In this document: positions 22,851-36,920 of the stretch, in pieces
Numbering within the stretch: position 1 is the stretch's first letter
Layout: every line of letters begins with the position of its first letter
Assembly (NCBI GenBank): GCA_965655095.1
Contig: OZ296651.1
Location: forward strand, 117,676,001-117,740,000
Direction: 5' to 3'
Source of the DNA: Haplodiscus bocki
Taxonomy: Eukaryota
Length of the DNA stretch: 64,000 bases
The notes under the pieces: model-generated
The model's database searches: none
What the model saw: the letters and a program-made list of their open reading frames with translations, nothing else
Told to the model about the DNA's origin: nothing
Position numbers and translations under genes: made by a program

Positions 22851-25138
22851 TTCATGTTGGCAAAAGCTCAAAAAGTAGATAATCGAAGTACTGCTTTCAA
22901 GAGTTCATAAATGAAAGGCACATATTTAATCGACTATCAGTACTGATCCGCCATGAAGTTGGCCTTTATCTTGTCATAATTTATGGTTGAAGATTATTTG
23001 ATGAAGTCAACTGTCTCAATTCAATGATGATTATGACTAGTAACTTTTCTCTTCTTTTTGTTTTCCAAAAGCATCGAACGTTCTATATATGTATTTGGAC
23101 GACGCATGAATAATATTGTTACATAGTGGATGAAATGTCATGGCGCAGAACTTCCTATTCATAAATTTTCTAGTACAGAACACCTAACTGTACATTTTCA
23201 TGTTTTGAAAAAATCAACCGATGTGAAATAGCACACAACACTTATATTGTTCCTCTGAAGCACGAAGGAAGGCAACGAGAACCACGAACAATTGCTTCAA
23301 GTACATGACTCATTGCGCAACCAATAGATTTTTTTAAAAAAAGTGGATTAACTAAATGGAACGGAACTGTCCTGAAAACGTCCATTGTTATGGAAGCCGG
23401 TAACGGGTAGGTCTCCGGAGATATATTTCAATTCAGCAGCTGATAAAGTGGAAAATTTGTTACTTTACCGTTCTGAGCTGACTTCCGGAAAAAATCGACC
23501 GGAAAGTACGTTTGCCATACTTCATTGCTGCTGTATGAACTTAAAAAAAACCAGGAAGATTACTATAGGTTTTGAGGAACATCCTCACATTTACGGTGTG
23601 AGACGACCTCTGTACGTATCAGTTGCATCCGCATTGTGCGAGTTAATCTTCAGTCTGGAGAAAAGTATCGTAAAAAAAGAACAAACAACAGTTTCCAATT
23701 ATATAAACAAAAAATTAGATTCCGAACCAATCACCAGAATTGATACCGGAAAATAATTGAATGCAAAAAAAACCCGCCCTCTAGTAACTTGCACCGTTGC
23801 CTCCACTGGGTGGTCACGCTCTTAAGCCCCACAAAACAGTATTGCGAGGCGGGGGAGGGGCCCTGTGCCGAGCTTCATAAATCAAGTTTACACTTAACCG
23901 GACCCCCCCGAAAAGGAGACGATCTCGAAACCTAACCATACGATTTTGATCAAACAATGCATGTGGATAGAGTCCGCCGATGTATGAATATTTTTGGCAC
24001 TTACATCATTTTCTTTTTTTTCGTTGGGGAGATATGACGCAATGATCCTGTTTTTTGGCACGTTTCGATGTTTTTTTCGCAATATCTCCACACTTTAGCC
24101 ATAGCATTGGACCCAACTTTTTTGTGTGAAGCACAATTGTTGTGGACTACCTACATGCCAAAATATTTTGGCCAGGGCCCATTGCCCTAGGAGATATGAC
24201 CTTTCAAAGTTGTCAAAAATGGGCCAAAATCGATCATTTTGTCATTTCTCCCACGTTGATGTTAAAAAAGTGATGTAAGCTTTCGTCACAACGTGACGGG
24301 ACCTGTGTCAAATGAAAGATAATTTTCCGACGAAAAAACAGTTTTGGTCAAATTGCCGAAAATAATGACGGTTATGACGATTTTTTGTGGAAGAAAAAAA
24401 AACCAGCTAAAAAGTCAGTTTCTCTACTTCATCTGCATCTGAAATCCGTCAACTTTTTGAAGGCGGGAATCAAGCTTTGCTGAAATTTCGTATTAAACTA
24501 CTGGGCTGGGAAACTGTCGGTGACACAAGTTTTAACTTGGGCCAATTCAAAAAACTCGCTGCTGTTTTTTTCTTTCAATTCCAAATTATTTGTAATAGAA
24601 ATTATGAAAATTGTGTTATAGTTATACATAACTGTAGCAACTTTTTTTGTCTCGGTGGACATTGAACTAGGTTTGAGGTAATTAGTTACAAGGAGCTGCA
24701 CACACTTTTCTCTGAATGACCCATTCAATTTTCAATGAACATTATACGTACCAACAAGAGAAAACAACTTAAACTGTGCTAAATAAAGTTCACCAGTAAT
24801 ACAAAATGAAATCTCAGTTTAACTGCAAATGAATGGTAGCAACCCTTGAAAATTCAATTGGATGCACGTAGACTAAATGCACTTCATGACAACTCTCATT
24901 TTCTTTAACGACAATTGATCTCTCAATTTTGGGCAAACACCTTACGGTCGAATGCCTTGTGACAGTCAATGTTGCACGCAAACAACTTCCGGTAGTTTGC
25001 TGAATTATTCATTGCACCTTGTTTTAATTGTAACTAATACCTGTGTTGAGCCGATAATTAATTTGTAACTCTAGTAGAAAGTATCACAACAGTGATTGAG
25101 ATAAGATTTGTTTGAGTTTTGTTGCTTCAATGAAGTGT

Positions 25139-26152
25139 TCATCTCAAGTTGTTTGCATTGTTAGTTGCCGGCAAATTTGCGTTAGCGTGAAAAAGGCGTG
25201 GTGGCTGGTTTGTATCGTCTCCAGTCCAGGGAATTACATTGTACTTCAAGTTCACAGGGATCTCAGTCGCTGGAGTGATCCGACAAATTCTTACCCTTTG
25301 AACATTTTGGGCAATGTTTTCTTCTGTCAAGGCAGTTTTGTAGAAGCCTGACACTCTCCACCCACCATTGTTATTAACATGGTTAGAAACACGCATGACA
25401 GCTTCTCTCAAAAGTCCCCTGTCAATTGATGTGTATGCCGATCAAATGATCGCTTCCTCACAAAAAAGTTTGGTCAAGGACAAACTTTGCAGAAGATCAC
25501 CTGTTAGAGGATCATCGTCTTCGTTCAATATGTCCTGAATAATTACCCTTGCTGACATTACCCATGCTGACAAAGTCGATTTTTGCAAACATGCACAAAT
25601 GCTTTCGTTTTTTCTACTTCTTCTGTCGCACAAAAAACCGGAACAAGTCGGAAACACAGGAATTGCATGAAGAAACGAAAGGGGTCGGTGTGGGAGACAG
25701 AAGTGGAACATTGCACCCGTCGAGGGATTCAAATCGATAGGAACAGGCTCCATTGGCAGGTCGTCGGTAACTACCTCCAACGGAAGCGACACAATGAAAA
25801 TTGGATTGGTTCGATCGTTACCAAGGCAGGAGTTGGAAAAAATAGCTTCTTTCACATCAACGATGGCACCAATAGTTAATTTTCGGTCAGCAAAAAGGAG
25901 TGAACTTTTCTGCGCAGAATCTGCTATTATTGCAAAGCATTCGCGCGTTTCGATTTCGCCAATGATGATTAGGCGATCATAGTTTGTGTCAGGGGTCCAT
26001 CTTTTAGCTTTTACAGCTTGCGGTCGAAATAACTGTAGGGGACGATCAAATTTTTTAAAAACCAAAACAACACCTCGGATATATGTGTTCTCACTGTTTC
26101 GCAAGAAATTGGGAGCAGTTATTTGGGCCGTATTTACACGGGTGGTCATCAT
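25139..26152 (-). pseudogene. 337-aa accessory protein gene with nonsense codon (unit 2)
   Basis: In-frame AGA>TGA at 25442-25444 splits it into ORFs 25442-26170 and 25139-25411. Confidence 0.8.
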
Positions 26153-27496
26153 CTGGAACATTCTCTTCAAGCATCATCTTATACAACGCGGTTTACACAG
26201 TGACATTTTTTCAACCTATTCAGGACGCAGAACTAATTGTTCTCAAAGAAAAAAGAAAACAAAGAAGATGGAGTTGAACATGATCAAATACAACTTCATT
26301 AAATTTCCACGTTACAGTGAGAATTGTTAATATACATTAAAAGGTTCGATATTAAAGTTGTTGCTCTTTTTCTACATTGAAAAAATTTACATGTTTCTTT
26401 ACGTGATGCCACGCAAAAGGTGGAACTGACTTCTTTCAACTTCTTTTTTCACGTTTCAACGGTATGAAATTTCAGTCATTAGTGAATGAGGAGTATGTTT
26501 GGTCACAATTACATTCTTCAACGAACTTTCACTGAACAATAATGGCTCTAAATGCGAATGAAAAGAGTATACGTATTGAAAACGTGTTAATTCAGGATAA
26601 AACTGATGTTCTATGTGATAACCAGTCTAACATGGAAGAAAATCTTTTGAAAAATGATTAATTCATTGCACAGACAATGATAGCAACTCAAAAGAAATGA
26701 AACAATCGACAGTTTTTTTACTTAAGCAAATGAAGTTGAACCGAAGCTAAAAAGAACGATAATTCACGGGAAGTATTCTGCGGAATGTTCCATTTCAGTG
26801 AGAATTTCAATTAGCTATAAAAAATTAACAGATATAAAAACAACGCCGAACAAAGAGCAACATTCACGGGTTTAGCAGTATTCATGGGTTTAGCAGTATT
26901 CACTTTATGGAGAAACGTAAGTGAAAGAAACTAACATATAAAAAAAACAATGCAACATGCCAAATTCAAAGGTTTCACGGAATAAAATGACATCTACTCA
27001 AAAAAATCATTTAATTTCGTTGACAAGTGACAAAAAATAAAAACTCAGATCACTTTACAGTCGATTCCAATTGTATGCACAGTAAAACAACCAATTACTC
27101 CTATTTGTTTACTGCATGATAAAATAGGAATATCTGTTTAATCAAATATGCCGAAGGAAGCCTTCAAAACATTGGTCGTCCAGGTTAACCACAACACTTT
27201 TATTTCTTTTTCAGCTGGAAAATGATGTGATTGCTTTCAGAACCCCAGTCGACAATGAGCAGGTGTACGTATTCTGCGACGCTCTGTTAAAACAGTGGAC
27301 ATTAAACAATCACAATTGATCACAATTTTGTCGACCACATTATGACAACTTTTCAGTCAACTTTGATACTTTAAAAGAAACAAAGAACAAAGAGAACAAA
27401 CACGCCATTTCCAAAAAATCTAACACAGGGAACCATGTTAGAGACTGCGTTCATTAATCAACAACTACTTCACGAAAGCTCTGTTACTTGTACTTA

Positions 27497-28260
27497 TCAA
27501 AGGTCAGAAAAACGTTGTACAGTACCCAAAACTCTTTTTCTTAGAATGTACATCAAGTTGGAAACACCGTGACGAGATAAATGCACGCCATCCATCAAAT
27601 TCCTCTCGGAGCTCATTTTGCTAGCCACCGACAAATAATTGTATTGACCCGAAGAGTTTCTGAGTCCATCGTTCACCCTTTTGATATCTAGGAGGCAAGG
27701 TTTCGATCTCAAGACAAGAGCCAGACAGTGTACTGTGTAACACATTGGAGTGGCCAGACGCACGAGGTACATAATGTCTCGAACCACCTAAGAGTTAACA
27801 AATTTTTTGAGGTGAACATGCACTTCGGTTGATTTTGAAGAACTTTCTTCAAATGTTGGAGGAAAAAAAAGAAAATACTTCCAGTTCCATTTGAAGCTCT
27901 GCTTATTATTAGGATAATTTTTTCGCTGGGAAATATCACCTGCTTATCAATTCATGCACAATGCACCCTGATGTTGCAACCAGTATTCTCCTAAAAAATT
28001 TTCAGTCGCGACCAACTTGACATTGTGTTGAACAAATCACTCACTTGCTCAGGAGTCTTTCCCCGCTGTCTGCCCCGGCTTGTAAGTCCATTTGCCCCGA
28101 TGAACAGAATGATTGATTCATAAAACGTTGTTAGGTTTCTTAAACAGTCAATTACCGGACGGCAAGCTGCCGTGGCACCTGGGAAAAACTTCACTTCCAG
28201 GTTTTCGTGCTTCCTGACAAGACTTCTGCCAAGAGAATCAGCTATGATAAGATGTCTCAT
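27497..28260 (-). CDS. Two-exon SGNH/GDSL hydrolase, 168 aa, intact (exon 1 28260-28045, intron 28044-27788, exon 2 27787-27497)
   Basis: Donor CAA|GTGAGT and acceptor CTCTTAG|GTG join in phase 0. The spliced protein has the SGNH blocks in order: IIADS (Ser), PGAT (Gly), IGAN (Asn), DGVH (Asp/His). Confidence 0.85.
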
Positions 28261-29176
28261 TTAGATCTGCAGAACGTTGAAAAACAACGACAAGGGGCGA
28301 TGACAAAAAAAAAACGACAATTAATGATTCCAACAGCATAGGTACACTATGATGGAACACAGAAGATAAGTGTCATTAGCATTAAATTGGAGTATAAAAC
28401 GCAAGAGCTGAAAATAACATTGTTCCAAAAGCTCTAAATATATATTTGCTCATTTGAGTGTGTCTGCTTTTTGGTATAGAAGTTTCACTAACGTTTTACC
28501 AAATGTTTCACCTTGCGGTCGAAACAGGAAGAAGTACAAGGCTTTTATCATACACTATCTGGGAGTATATCGTTATTAGGACATACAAAAAAGAAAATGT
28601 TCGATAAGCATACGCTAAAAATGCAGTCCAAAAAGTCAAATTTTTTAATCAATCAATTTTACATACAGTGGGCAATCAGGAACGTTCATTGTTAAGGGGC
28701 AGTTTAAGAACACCTAATGTACCCATTTTATCGTTCCAAAAACCATGTTGAAAGTGCAGCAAATTCTTTTCCGCAAATGAATATTGTCGAGAAAGTTTTG
28801 TATTAAATTTACTTAAACGTTGAACTCAATGGAAAACAGTACGTTGGCTAACTATTCTGCAGACTACTCTCAAAAACATCACAAATCCAACAATTGAATT
28901 GTTGTAAATAACAAAAGAAATAAAACATTTAGAAATAACAAATTCAGCGTTTTTTAAACACAGCAAAAAGCAAAAACACACATACTGAAAACTTTATACG
29001 TGCACCTCTGAAAAAAACCGGGGACCTTGAAGATATAAGTTGGACGTTTAAAAATTCACTTCATATGCTGATTAAATAATGAACTTTAGGTTTTTTTGTG
29101 AGAAAGCATTCACTTCGTCACATTTCACAGTCGGCGAAGCATTTGATAAGTAGTTTGTCAGTGTTTCTCTAAGGTA

Positions 29177-32100
29177 CTAAGGTAATATGGGCTGATTACA
29201 GCAAATTACCAATTTCAAGACATCTTCTTTATGAGGCCAATTTATGATTAAGTTTTCTGCTGTTGACAATGCATTCGGAAGGGAGATGTTCTTCTTCCTC
29301 AAGTTAAGCACTTTAGTAACTGCCTCAAGCCACCGTTTTTCAAGAAACCTTATTCTCTCTTTTGAGCTGCTTGCAAGAAAGCCGGTCACGTAAGCGCACA
29401 AAACCCAAGGTCTTCGAGAGGGATCATGCGTGAATGAAGCTCCCAAGCCAACATTATGTTCACGAACTCGTCGATTGAGGCACATTGTTGAACCAATATA
29501 TAACAAGTTGTTTTGCGGGACGCTCTGAATAAGGTAACAGTAGCCAACATTCTCCTGCGGTATACTGATGGTTGATGGAAAAGGGTTTGTAGCACCATGG
29601 AAGATCGTTGGGTCACGGGAAGAACACTTCTGGAGGATTTCGGTAGTCAGCTCCGACCACTGTGACTTTTTACACAGCAAACTCAGGATGGCTCCTTCGT
29701 TCGACTGCTTCGATCCCACGAAAGTGATGTCCGCCAGTTATCGAACACGACTCATTACTACGTATAGTTGCTCTGGCAACCAAAGTGAAAACTCTTGGGC
29801 TCCAACAATCTGCGTAGCAACTGTTGGAAGTGTTTCGCCCATAGTTTTATGAATAGTTGAGGCCACGTACAATTTGAGGGGGAATTGGATTCTGCGACAA
29901 ATAGTTCTATGATTTAGACGAATGTTCACTCCGATATCTTTTGCAAGGACAATACATCTCCAGGTACTTCGTATTACAGAGAGTGGTGGAATGGATCGGC
30001 AACCAGCAGGTGCCAAGGCAACAGTTAGTGTTCCGTTGTCAGACAATGAGTCCAGGGAAACCAAAACACAGAGCTGTCCTTGGAAAGCCATCACATTTGG
30101 CTTGTTCACAGTGAGTCGGAGAATTGCTCCAGGGAACAGAAACAATGATTGTGGCTCCAAACATTTCTTGTTTAAAAACTTTGTCGCCGCTCCAGAAGCT
30201 TCTATCCAGTTGTCCGTACTTGACACACACATTTCATCTGTCGATGAATTTTCATGGAACTGGGAACCGCTGTCTTTCACTTGACAAATTTTCTTTAATG
30301 TCGCATATCTTTCTGCTTTGCGAGTAGCAAAAATTCGATTTGTATCATTTGGTACGTCATCCCAACATTCTACGAAATTGCAATTTCGCTCGATCAAATT
30401 CCAAATTTGCTTTCCGATGAGAGGTGTTCTCGGAAAAGTTGACATGAGTGACAAAACTTTCTGCCCTGTTTCATTTTGCATACGCACAAAGTGCTGGAGG
30501 AAACTAAAATGAAAAGTCGTTAAAGGGAATGAAGAACTGATCAGACAACTTCCTTTTGGTGGAGGAAGTTGAAAAAAGTCTCCTGTTGCAATGATTAGTT
30601 TCCCAGCAAATGGCACGTAGTTCGAGCAAATGATTTGGAAAACGTGGTCCGTGGCCGCCCAAAGTTCACTAGAGATCATCGAAATTTCTTCAACGAACAA
30701 TACATCCAAATTCTGGAGAAACCGACTTTTGCCCGGTGATTTCTGCAAGCTGGACAAAGCTACTCGAGACAAAGAATTAACAGTTCCATTTTTTTCCACC
30801 GGGAAAGGAATGAGAGCGTTCAGATGCTTCCCCCCTAAAGCAGCCGACCTTTCGGCCGCCAGCGAAGTTACCATGCAATTGAGTCCTTGACATATTGCAT
30901 AACTCAGAGCTCTCAGCATGATGAACGTTTTTCCCGTTCCTGGTGCCCCTGCAATGATTTGATGTCTGACGAAATTTTGTGTTCCTCCTCTGTACAAGTC
31001 CACGATTTCAACTAAATGTTTCAAAATGTTACTCTGTTCACAGTACGACTTCACTGTCTGGCCAGGATGTCTACCAAAGTCCGGTTTCCAAACAACGGGT
31101 GCAGTTAGGGAAGCGTCTATCATTCTTTCTTCGCTTGGAAGTTCCATTTGGCATGTGTATAAGAACTCCACCAATCTACTCTTGTTCATTGTCAAATCTA
31201 CAGCAACATTTTCTTCGGAGTCGGCAGAGATAGTGCGATCCAAAACAACTGGTACCCCGGATGCAAAATACAAATTGTTTTCTAACAGTGCCTCTCCTAG
31301 AACGCTATTTGCCATCAACAAAAACTTGTCAATGAGTTTAGAGGATCCTGGCACGAAGCGGAGCTGTTGCAGTAGGTACCGGCGAGCTAGTTGAAGGACG
31401 ACTGCTACAGTAATATTGTTACGCTCGACCAGTTTGGCAGCTACAAAAGCTTCCCTGAGAGTGGAAACAAAGCAAATGTCCAGTTCGGTGTCAAACGAAC
31501 CAAAAGTTAGTACAAAGTGCAACAAGAACATTGTTGGATTACTGGGCAGAGTATTTGTGAAAACCACTATGGCTTTTTGATCTGAGAAACAAACATTGTA
31601 CGCTAGTAGTCTGGGGCAACTGTTGGTTCCTTGCAATTTGGGGACAATGTGTTTGCGGCACTCCTCTTTCAAAAATTCGTCCCTCGGATTATCACTTCTT
31701 GTTGCACAGAAATCAAGAAAATCAAAGATAGCGGGTGGGCGTATCTTGATGACGTATCCAAGGCAATCAACCCAAAAGTCACTACACGATGCAGGGCTCA
31801 ACAAAATCTCATGACTACTTTTCCCTTTCGAAATGTTGTTTTTCAGTCTAACGAACCAACTGAAATAACTTTTCAAACTGCTGACAAAGAGAAGCTCCGG
31901 TGGTCTCAGGCCAAAAATGGTCACTTTGTCAGGCGTAATCGAACTCGATTCTACATCTGCCAACAACAATTCTTGATTTTTTGTTAATTGTCGATGTTTT
32001 GGAAGCTTCAGGACGTTTTTCCGAATTCGAACAGCTTCGGCAAAAACAGCACTGAAGTTCATGGTGCTCGCAATATATTTTTCTATCACTATTCCTGATC

Positions 32101-35100
32101 TGAACTCTTTGGGAACTGTTGGTACATGAATGAAATCTACGTTGGTGCAAACGTACGGCAACTGCAAAGCCCACCACAAGCATTCAGTTATGCTAACAAT
32201 TCTTCCTGTTACAGATTTGCGTTTATCATCATCCTGACGTTTTTTGGTTACGCTGGATTGGACACCGGCTATTTTTTCATTCAGAATAGGTTCCGTTTGG
32301 ACTTTCAATTCATTCTCACCAGCAGAGGCTAATATCTTTGTGAACGCCCGACCTTCCACACCGGCAGCATACTTTGCAACGTATCGTGAACACATTTCGT
32401 TGTCACAAATTTGGACGTTCGTACTGCTTTCCGTGAAAGCAAACAAAGCTGCATTTGTTGGTGACAAGTGTTCATTGTAAGCAGCAGGGTAGTGATGTTT
32501 TCCAGCTTTCAGTTCTTCTTCAACTTTGTCTGTTGAAGAGTTAGGGTCAATATAGGACAATTTCATGCTTCTCAACAAGTCCCAAGTTTCTTTCGAGTAA
32601 TTAGGTTGTATTTCCTTGTAAGAAAACCCAACTGATGCAGGATATTTAGGTACCCTACACACTGGCTTTCCCAACCAATCAGTTTTCTTTTTACATCTAT
32701 TTTTTCCCTTGCCACAATCGTGCCGTTGGTATTTTTGGAAAAGTTCTCCCAACCGGAACCGTTCTCTATCCGATAATGCTGGACAACATTTGCTCAAGGC
32801 GCCCATGAATGTTTCTTTCGAACAGCAGACTCGGGATTGAACTTCCGGACCAAACTTGTTTTCTCCGGTACACACTAGTGCATGGATGTGTGGAAAGGCC
32901 GAAGTTTCATCCTGCCACTCGTATCTCATCCATAAGTGAGAGATTGGTCCCAAAGGTTGCTCGGCCGAACACTTCAACCATTGCATTACATACAGTGAGG
33001 CGCGATGCCAACATCTAAGCATAGGCATTAATTCACTTTGTATTACAGATAGTCTCAGTTCTTTCGATGTCATATCGGGCGAGTAAAGTTTGTCAATAGC
33101 CTGGAAAATTTTCCGCAAGCCGGGGTGAGTAGATTGCCCACATGTGTATGTAACAAAATAAGTGGCGTTTTTATCTCTAATGAGTGCTGCTACTTCGCAG
33201 ACATTTTTCCGGGATTCTGCACAATCGAACTTGAACGTTTCATCGGAAAAGTACTGCTAATTAGTAGGCGCACTGCCCAATTCTTGCCAGCCTCTGTTCA
33301 ACACAATCCGAATATCAGTTTTACTCAATTGTAAGTTTAAAAGACAGTCAAAAACGAACTGAAGATATGATGCGTGACTGGAGGTTAAAAGCGACCCATC
33401 AGTGATGCGAGTTCGCAGCATGTTCTCTAAACCTGCAAACCCCACTTGTTTGTTGTATTTTTCGGATTGGAACAGGGATATTGGAATTGCTCCTTCAATG
33501 CTGCCATCGTAATTTTGGGACCAGAAAATAGAAGGAAAAAGCAGTCCTTCCGGTTGAAGCAAAGGCGTTGATGATGTCGAGGAAGCTGTAATGTTTTCCA
33601 TGAAACGTTTCTCCTTAACGGTTAGGGTAATGGGATGAATTTTTTTCCTGTACAGTAAGTTGCATCGAGAATTCAACAGTATGTGGAGAGGAATATTGTA
33701 ATTTTCCTCACTGACAGCCTCTTGTACAGCAACAATGGCCCTTTCACCCGAACACACGTTCAATTTATTCATCACCATAGTTGCTACGTCGGAAGTCCCT
33801 TGTTAAAGGAACATCATGTTTGTCACAAATGAAAACTCCTTGACCGGTTAAATTACTGAGATAGTGCCACTTTACAGTCGACACTTTCTTAGAGTTAGTT
33901 CCTCGGTAGATTAAAAAACTCCAGTAGCCTCGTAGAATTTTTTCTATTAAGGTCTCAGGTGACTCCAACAAAGGTTCAGCAAACTTGTTAGCTTTCAGTA
34001 TACGCCAAAAATTGCAGAAGCGACCACCATGCCGGAGCAAAATTTCAGCATCTGTACCCCGAGAACCACAAACACATCCTACAAGCTCAAATTGGACATC
34101 AAATAGGATGATGTTGAGAGGTGGGTTGACCTTGTTCCTCAGATTGTTTACATCAGTTGTTGTAGCGATCACGTGTTTCGTATCCACGGTTACGTCGCGC
34201 AGAATTTTCTCAGTTAATTCTTTTCTTTGGCTCAACTGCAGATGGCATAAGTCAGCACATAATGCGTGCAACAACACGCCACCCTCCTAAAAAAAGTTTG
34301 AAATCATGTTTGGCTTGTCATTGTTATTCAACGCGTTATCCAATATACTGTCAATGTCAGCTTGAGCTTGTGAAATACGCTGCAACTTGCTTTCTTTTCC
34401 CAACCCAGCAAATGTATGAGGCAACAGTGAAAACAAATTTGCTGCGAAAACGTGAAGAACGCCAGACACCATGGATGAACATAAAAATGGAGATATGCAG
34501 CATGCTGCTTTAAGAAACCAGAGTGTATCGCCAATATCATTGATCAGAGGAGAAGGTGAGCAACCAAGTTCATTGTATGGTTGAGCCAAAGCGTAGCACT
34601 GAAGAAATTTCACATTACTCAAAAGTTCTTGTTCATTTTTGTCCATCACTTTCGTCAATCGAATACATGTGTCAAGATCTACGCCGACATGCTCCGGCAT
34701 TTTTTCCTTTTTCGGCTGATATTGAGAGAGATCAGTGGCGACATCTTCAATCAATTTACCTTGAACAACCCATTGTCTAATTAAAATGGGATTATCTGAC
34801 CTGAAAAACATGGCGGTTCCTTCAGCCTGGAACAAACGATTGCTAGTGATGCTCCAACGCCATTTACGTCTCAACGAAACAGTACCCATACCACTATAAG
34901 ACCCAACGCTCTGAAACAGTTGATAGGTGTGGCTAGCATAATTAGCCTTCAAGCTACTCACACACGACAATGAAGGTGATGCAATGGCTAATCTTTCCTC
35001 AAACAAAGTTGGAATTCGTCCCAGCTCCGGATGCCTGGGGGGATGCAAGAATTGTAACGCACATCCCCTGTCATGCGCAGAACAAGTTTGCACAACCAAG

Positions 35101-36920
35101 CCTTCTTTCTCATGTAACCGCACTGTGGCAGCCACTAGAAACGTCTTTAAGCACATCAAAGGGCGCAAAAAGTCGAGTCTAGCGCCTCTGAGTTTTTTGA
35201 ATGCAGACGCTTGGAATGATGTGAAAGTTCTGTCCACCAAGTTTAAAAAATGCTGCGCTGGTATGTACCCAGGATCTTCGATAAACGTCCAACAACCAAA
35301 AGGGCAACGTATGTTTGGATACGGTTCCAAGTCCAAAGCTTCAGCCATTTCTTTTTGTCTCATTGTCGTCATTAGTTGGTCGAAACGTTTCAGTCTCTGT
35401 GTTCCATCAACAGTACAAGTGCCAAGAATACGCGGCCGATTCAAAACACGCTGGATGCAGATAGGGAAAAGGGTAATTACCCCTAGCCAATGTTGCCTTA
35501 TTTCCAGGGGTAACAGCGAGCAAATAGCGACTAAACAAGCTTCTGGCCTGGAAGTATCAGAAAGGAGCGTGAAAAAAACAGCTGGCCAAGCCATTTGCCA
35601 GTTAACTTTTGGTGCAGTACAATAGTTATAACAGAAACAACACAGATGTACGTTTTCGTTTTTCAGCTTCCTGCCGAACTTTCTATTAACCAATCCAGCT
35701 TTGCTGTAGGCCTTAATGTTGAACGGAAAATATACCGTGGCTTGACGCATGCACTTGCAACAAATGTTGGCAGCATCGACAGTATCTGTCACAACCAATT
35801 TTGACTCGATTTCAACGGTTGATTCTTCAGTCAATTTCGGTGGTGGTTCAAAGTTTTCAGTTAATTTCAGGAAAATCTCATCAGTCAACTCACCTCCAGG
35901 CAGTCTGTGAAATTGATGTTGTCGATGTTCCACAGCAGTTGGAGGACGGCCTCTACTTCGCGTTGTAGTATTTTCTCCACCACAAAGAACTTCCGCCAAA
36001 CAAAAAGACGTCACAGCTGTATTTGTTTCTCTATCGTCGATCAAATATGTGGCGACTGGATATTCTGAAGTCCGTCTGCGCTTCTGCAAAGGCTCAGTTT
36101 CATCAAGTGCTGCAAGCGCTGTCTGGCAGTGAGTATTCATTGCTGAATTTGCACATTGACTACTCGAACCAGCAAAATCTTCTGATATCAGTGATGAAGT
36201 GTGGTATGTTTCGGTCAAGCCACTAATTACCTCAAATTGATCTCCAGTTCGCGTTTGTTGAATGAAAACGCCTTGTCTGTCATTTGAGCAGTCGCATTTG
36301 TAAACGAACCAATTTTTCAAAATACTGTGGTATACAAAAACGTCCAATTTAAAAATTTGACAAAAGGTATAAATTTCAACACAAGTGCCAAAAACTCCAT
36401 TTTCTACCATTCGCGATGTCTGCAGGTAGTGCTTGACAGTTGGACTGGTGAGAAGTTTGTTCTGGTTGGGGAACTCAGCGGAATAGATTGAAGTTTGCAA
36501 ACTGTTTTCCGGAAAAGTTACCGAGTCCATGTTACTCACAATATGTTTCCTCAAACCATGACCACTTTCATGAGATAAACCGATGGCTACGCCCAGTGAA
36601 GTGAAAAGACAATTACCATCACCCCTTATAGAAAGACTCTGCGAGGGTTGAACAGAAGTGAGGCGAATGTTAGTTTTATTCACAATTCTGCCGCTTGTTG
36701 GGGAACAGGATAGTCCCATCGCTTCCAACGTTGATTCCAAGTGCAGGGTATCCACAGAGGAAACCAGCAAATTACTATCAGCTATACTGTACAAAATTCC
36801 TAAGGGTTCGCTAGTTGAAGAAACTTTGTCAGTGTTATTTGGACAGGAGTGATTACGTTCACTGAAGCGTCCACATTTTGCACAGCGACGTCTTTTCAAA
36901 TCACTCTTCCCAGATGGCAT
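29177..36920 (-). pseudogene. Disrupted OTU-Rep-PIF1-GIY-YIG polyprotein (unit 2)
   Basis: Nonsense codons at 34287 (CAG>TAG), 33257 (TAT>TAG) and 29738 (TCA>TAA). A 344-bp frameshifting deletion removes the CRCGR...CVCKKH Zn finger. OTU catalytic His is replaced (TGDQFEV vs TGDHFEV). Confidence 0.9.

Larger units (their letters stand above)
6862..23802 (-). mobile_element. Helitron-like long module, unit 1 (16.9 kb)
   Basis: Junction-to-junction unit containing the Rep/PIF1 polyprotein, the SGNH gene and the 337-aa ORF. Repeated at 23803, 41463 and 59457. Confidence 0.9.

Noticed and set aside
23100-23140. Aligned TAG/TAA stops in decayed frames suggesting a non-standard genetic code
   Set aside because: The 1701-aa and 337-aa ORFs contain no in-frame stops, and the polyprotein's stops are copy-specific point mutations.
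23781-23785. CTAG|T or CTGG|T ~20 bp before every junction, resembling a canonical Helitron CTRR 3' end
   Set aside because: Sequence variants after it still track the left-hand module, so the crossover lies further right. There is also no TC start after it.
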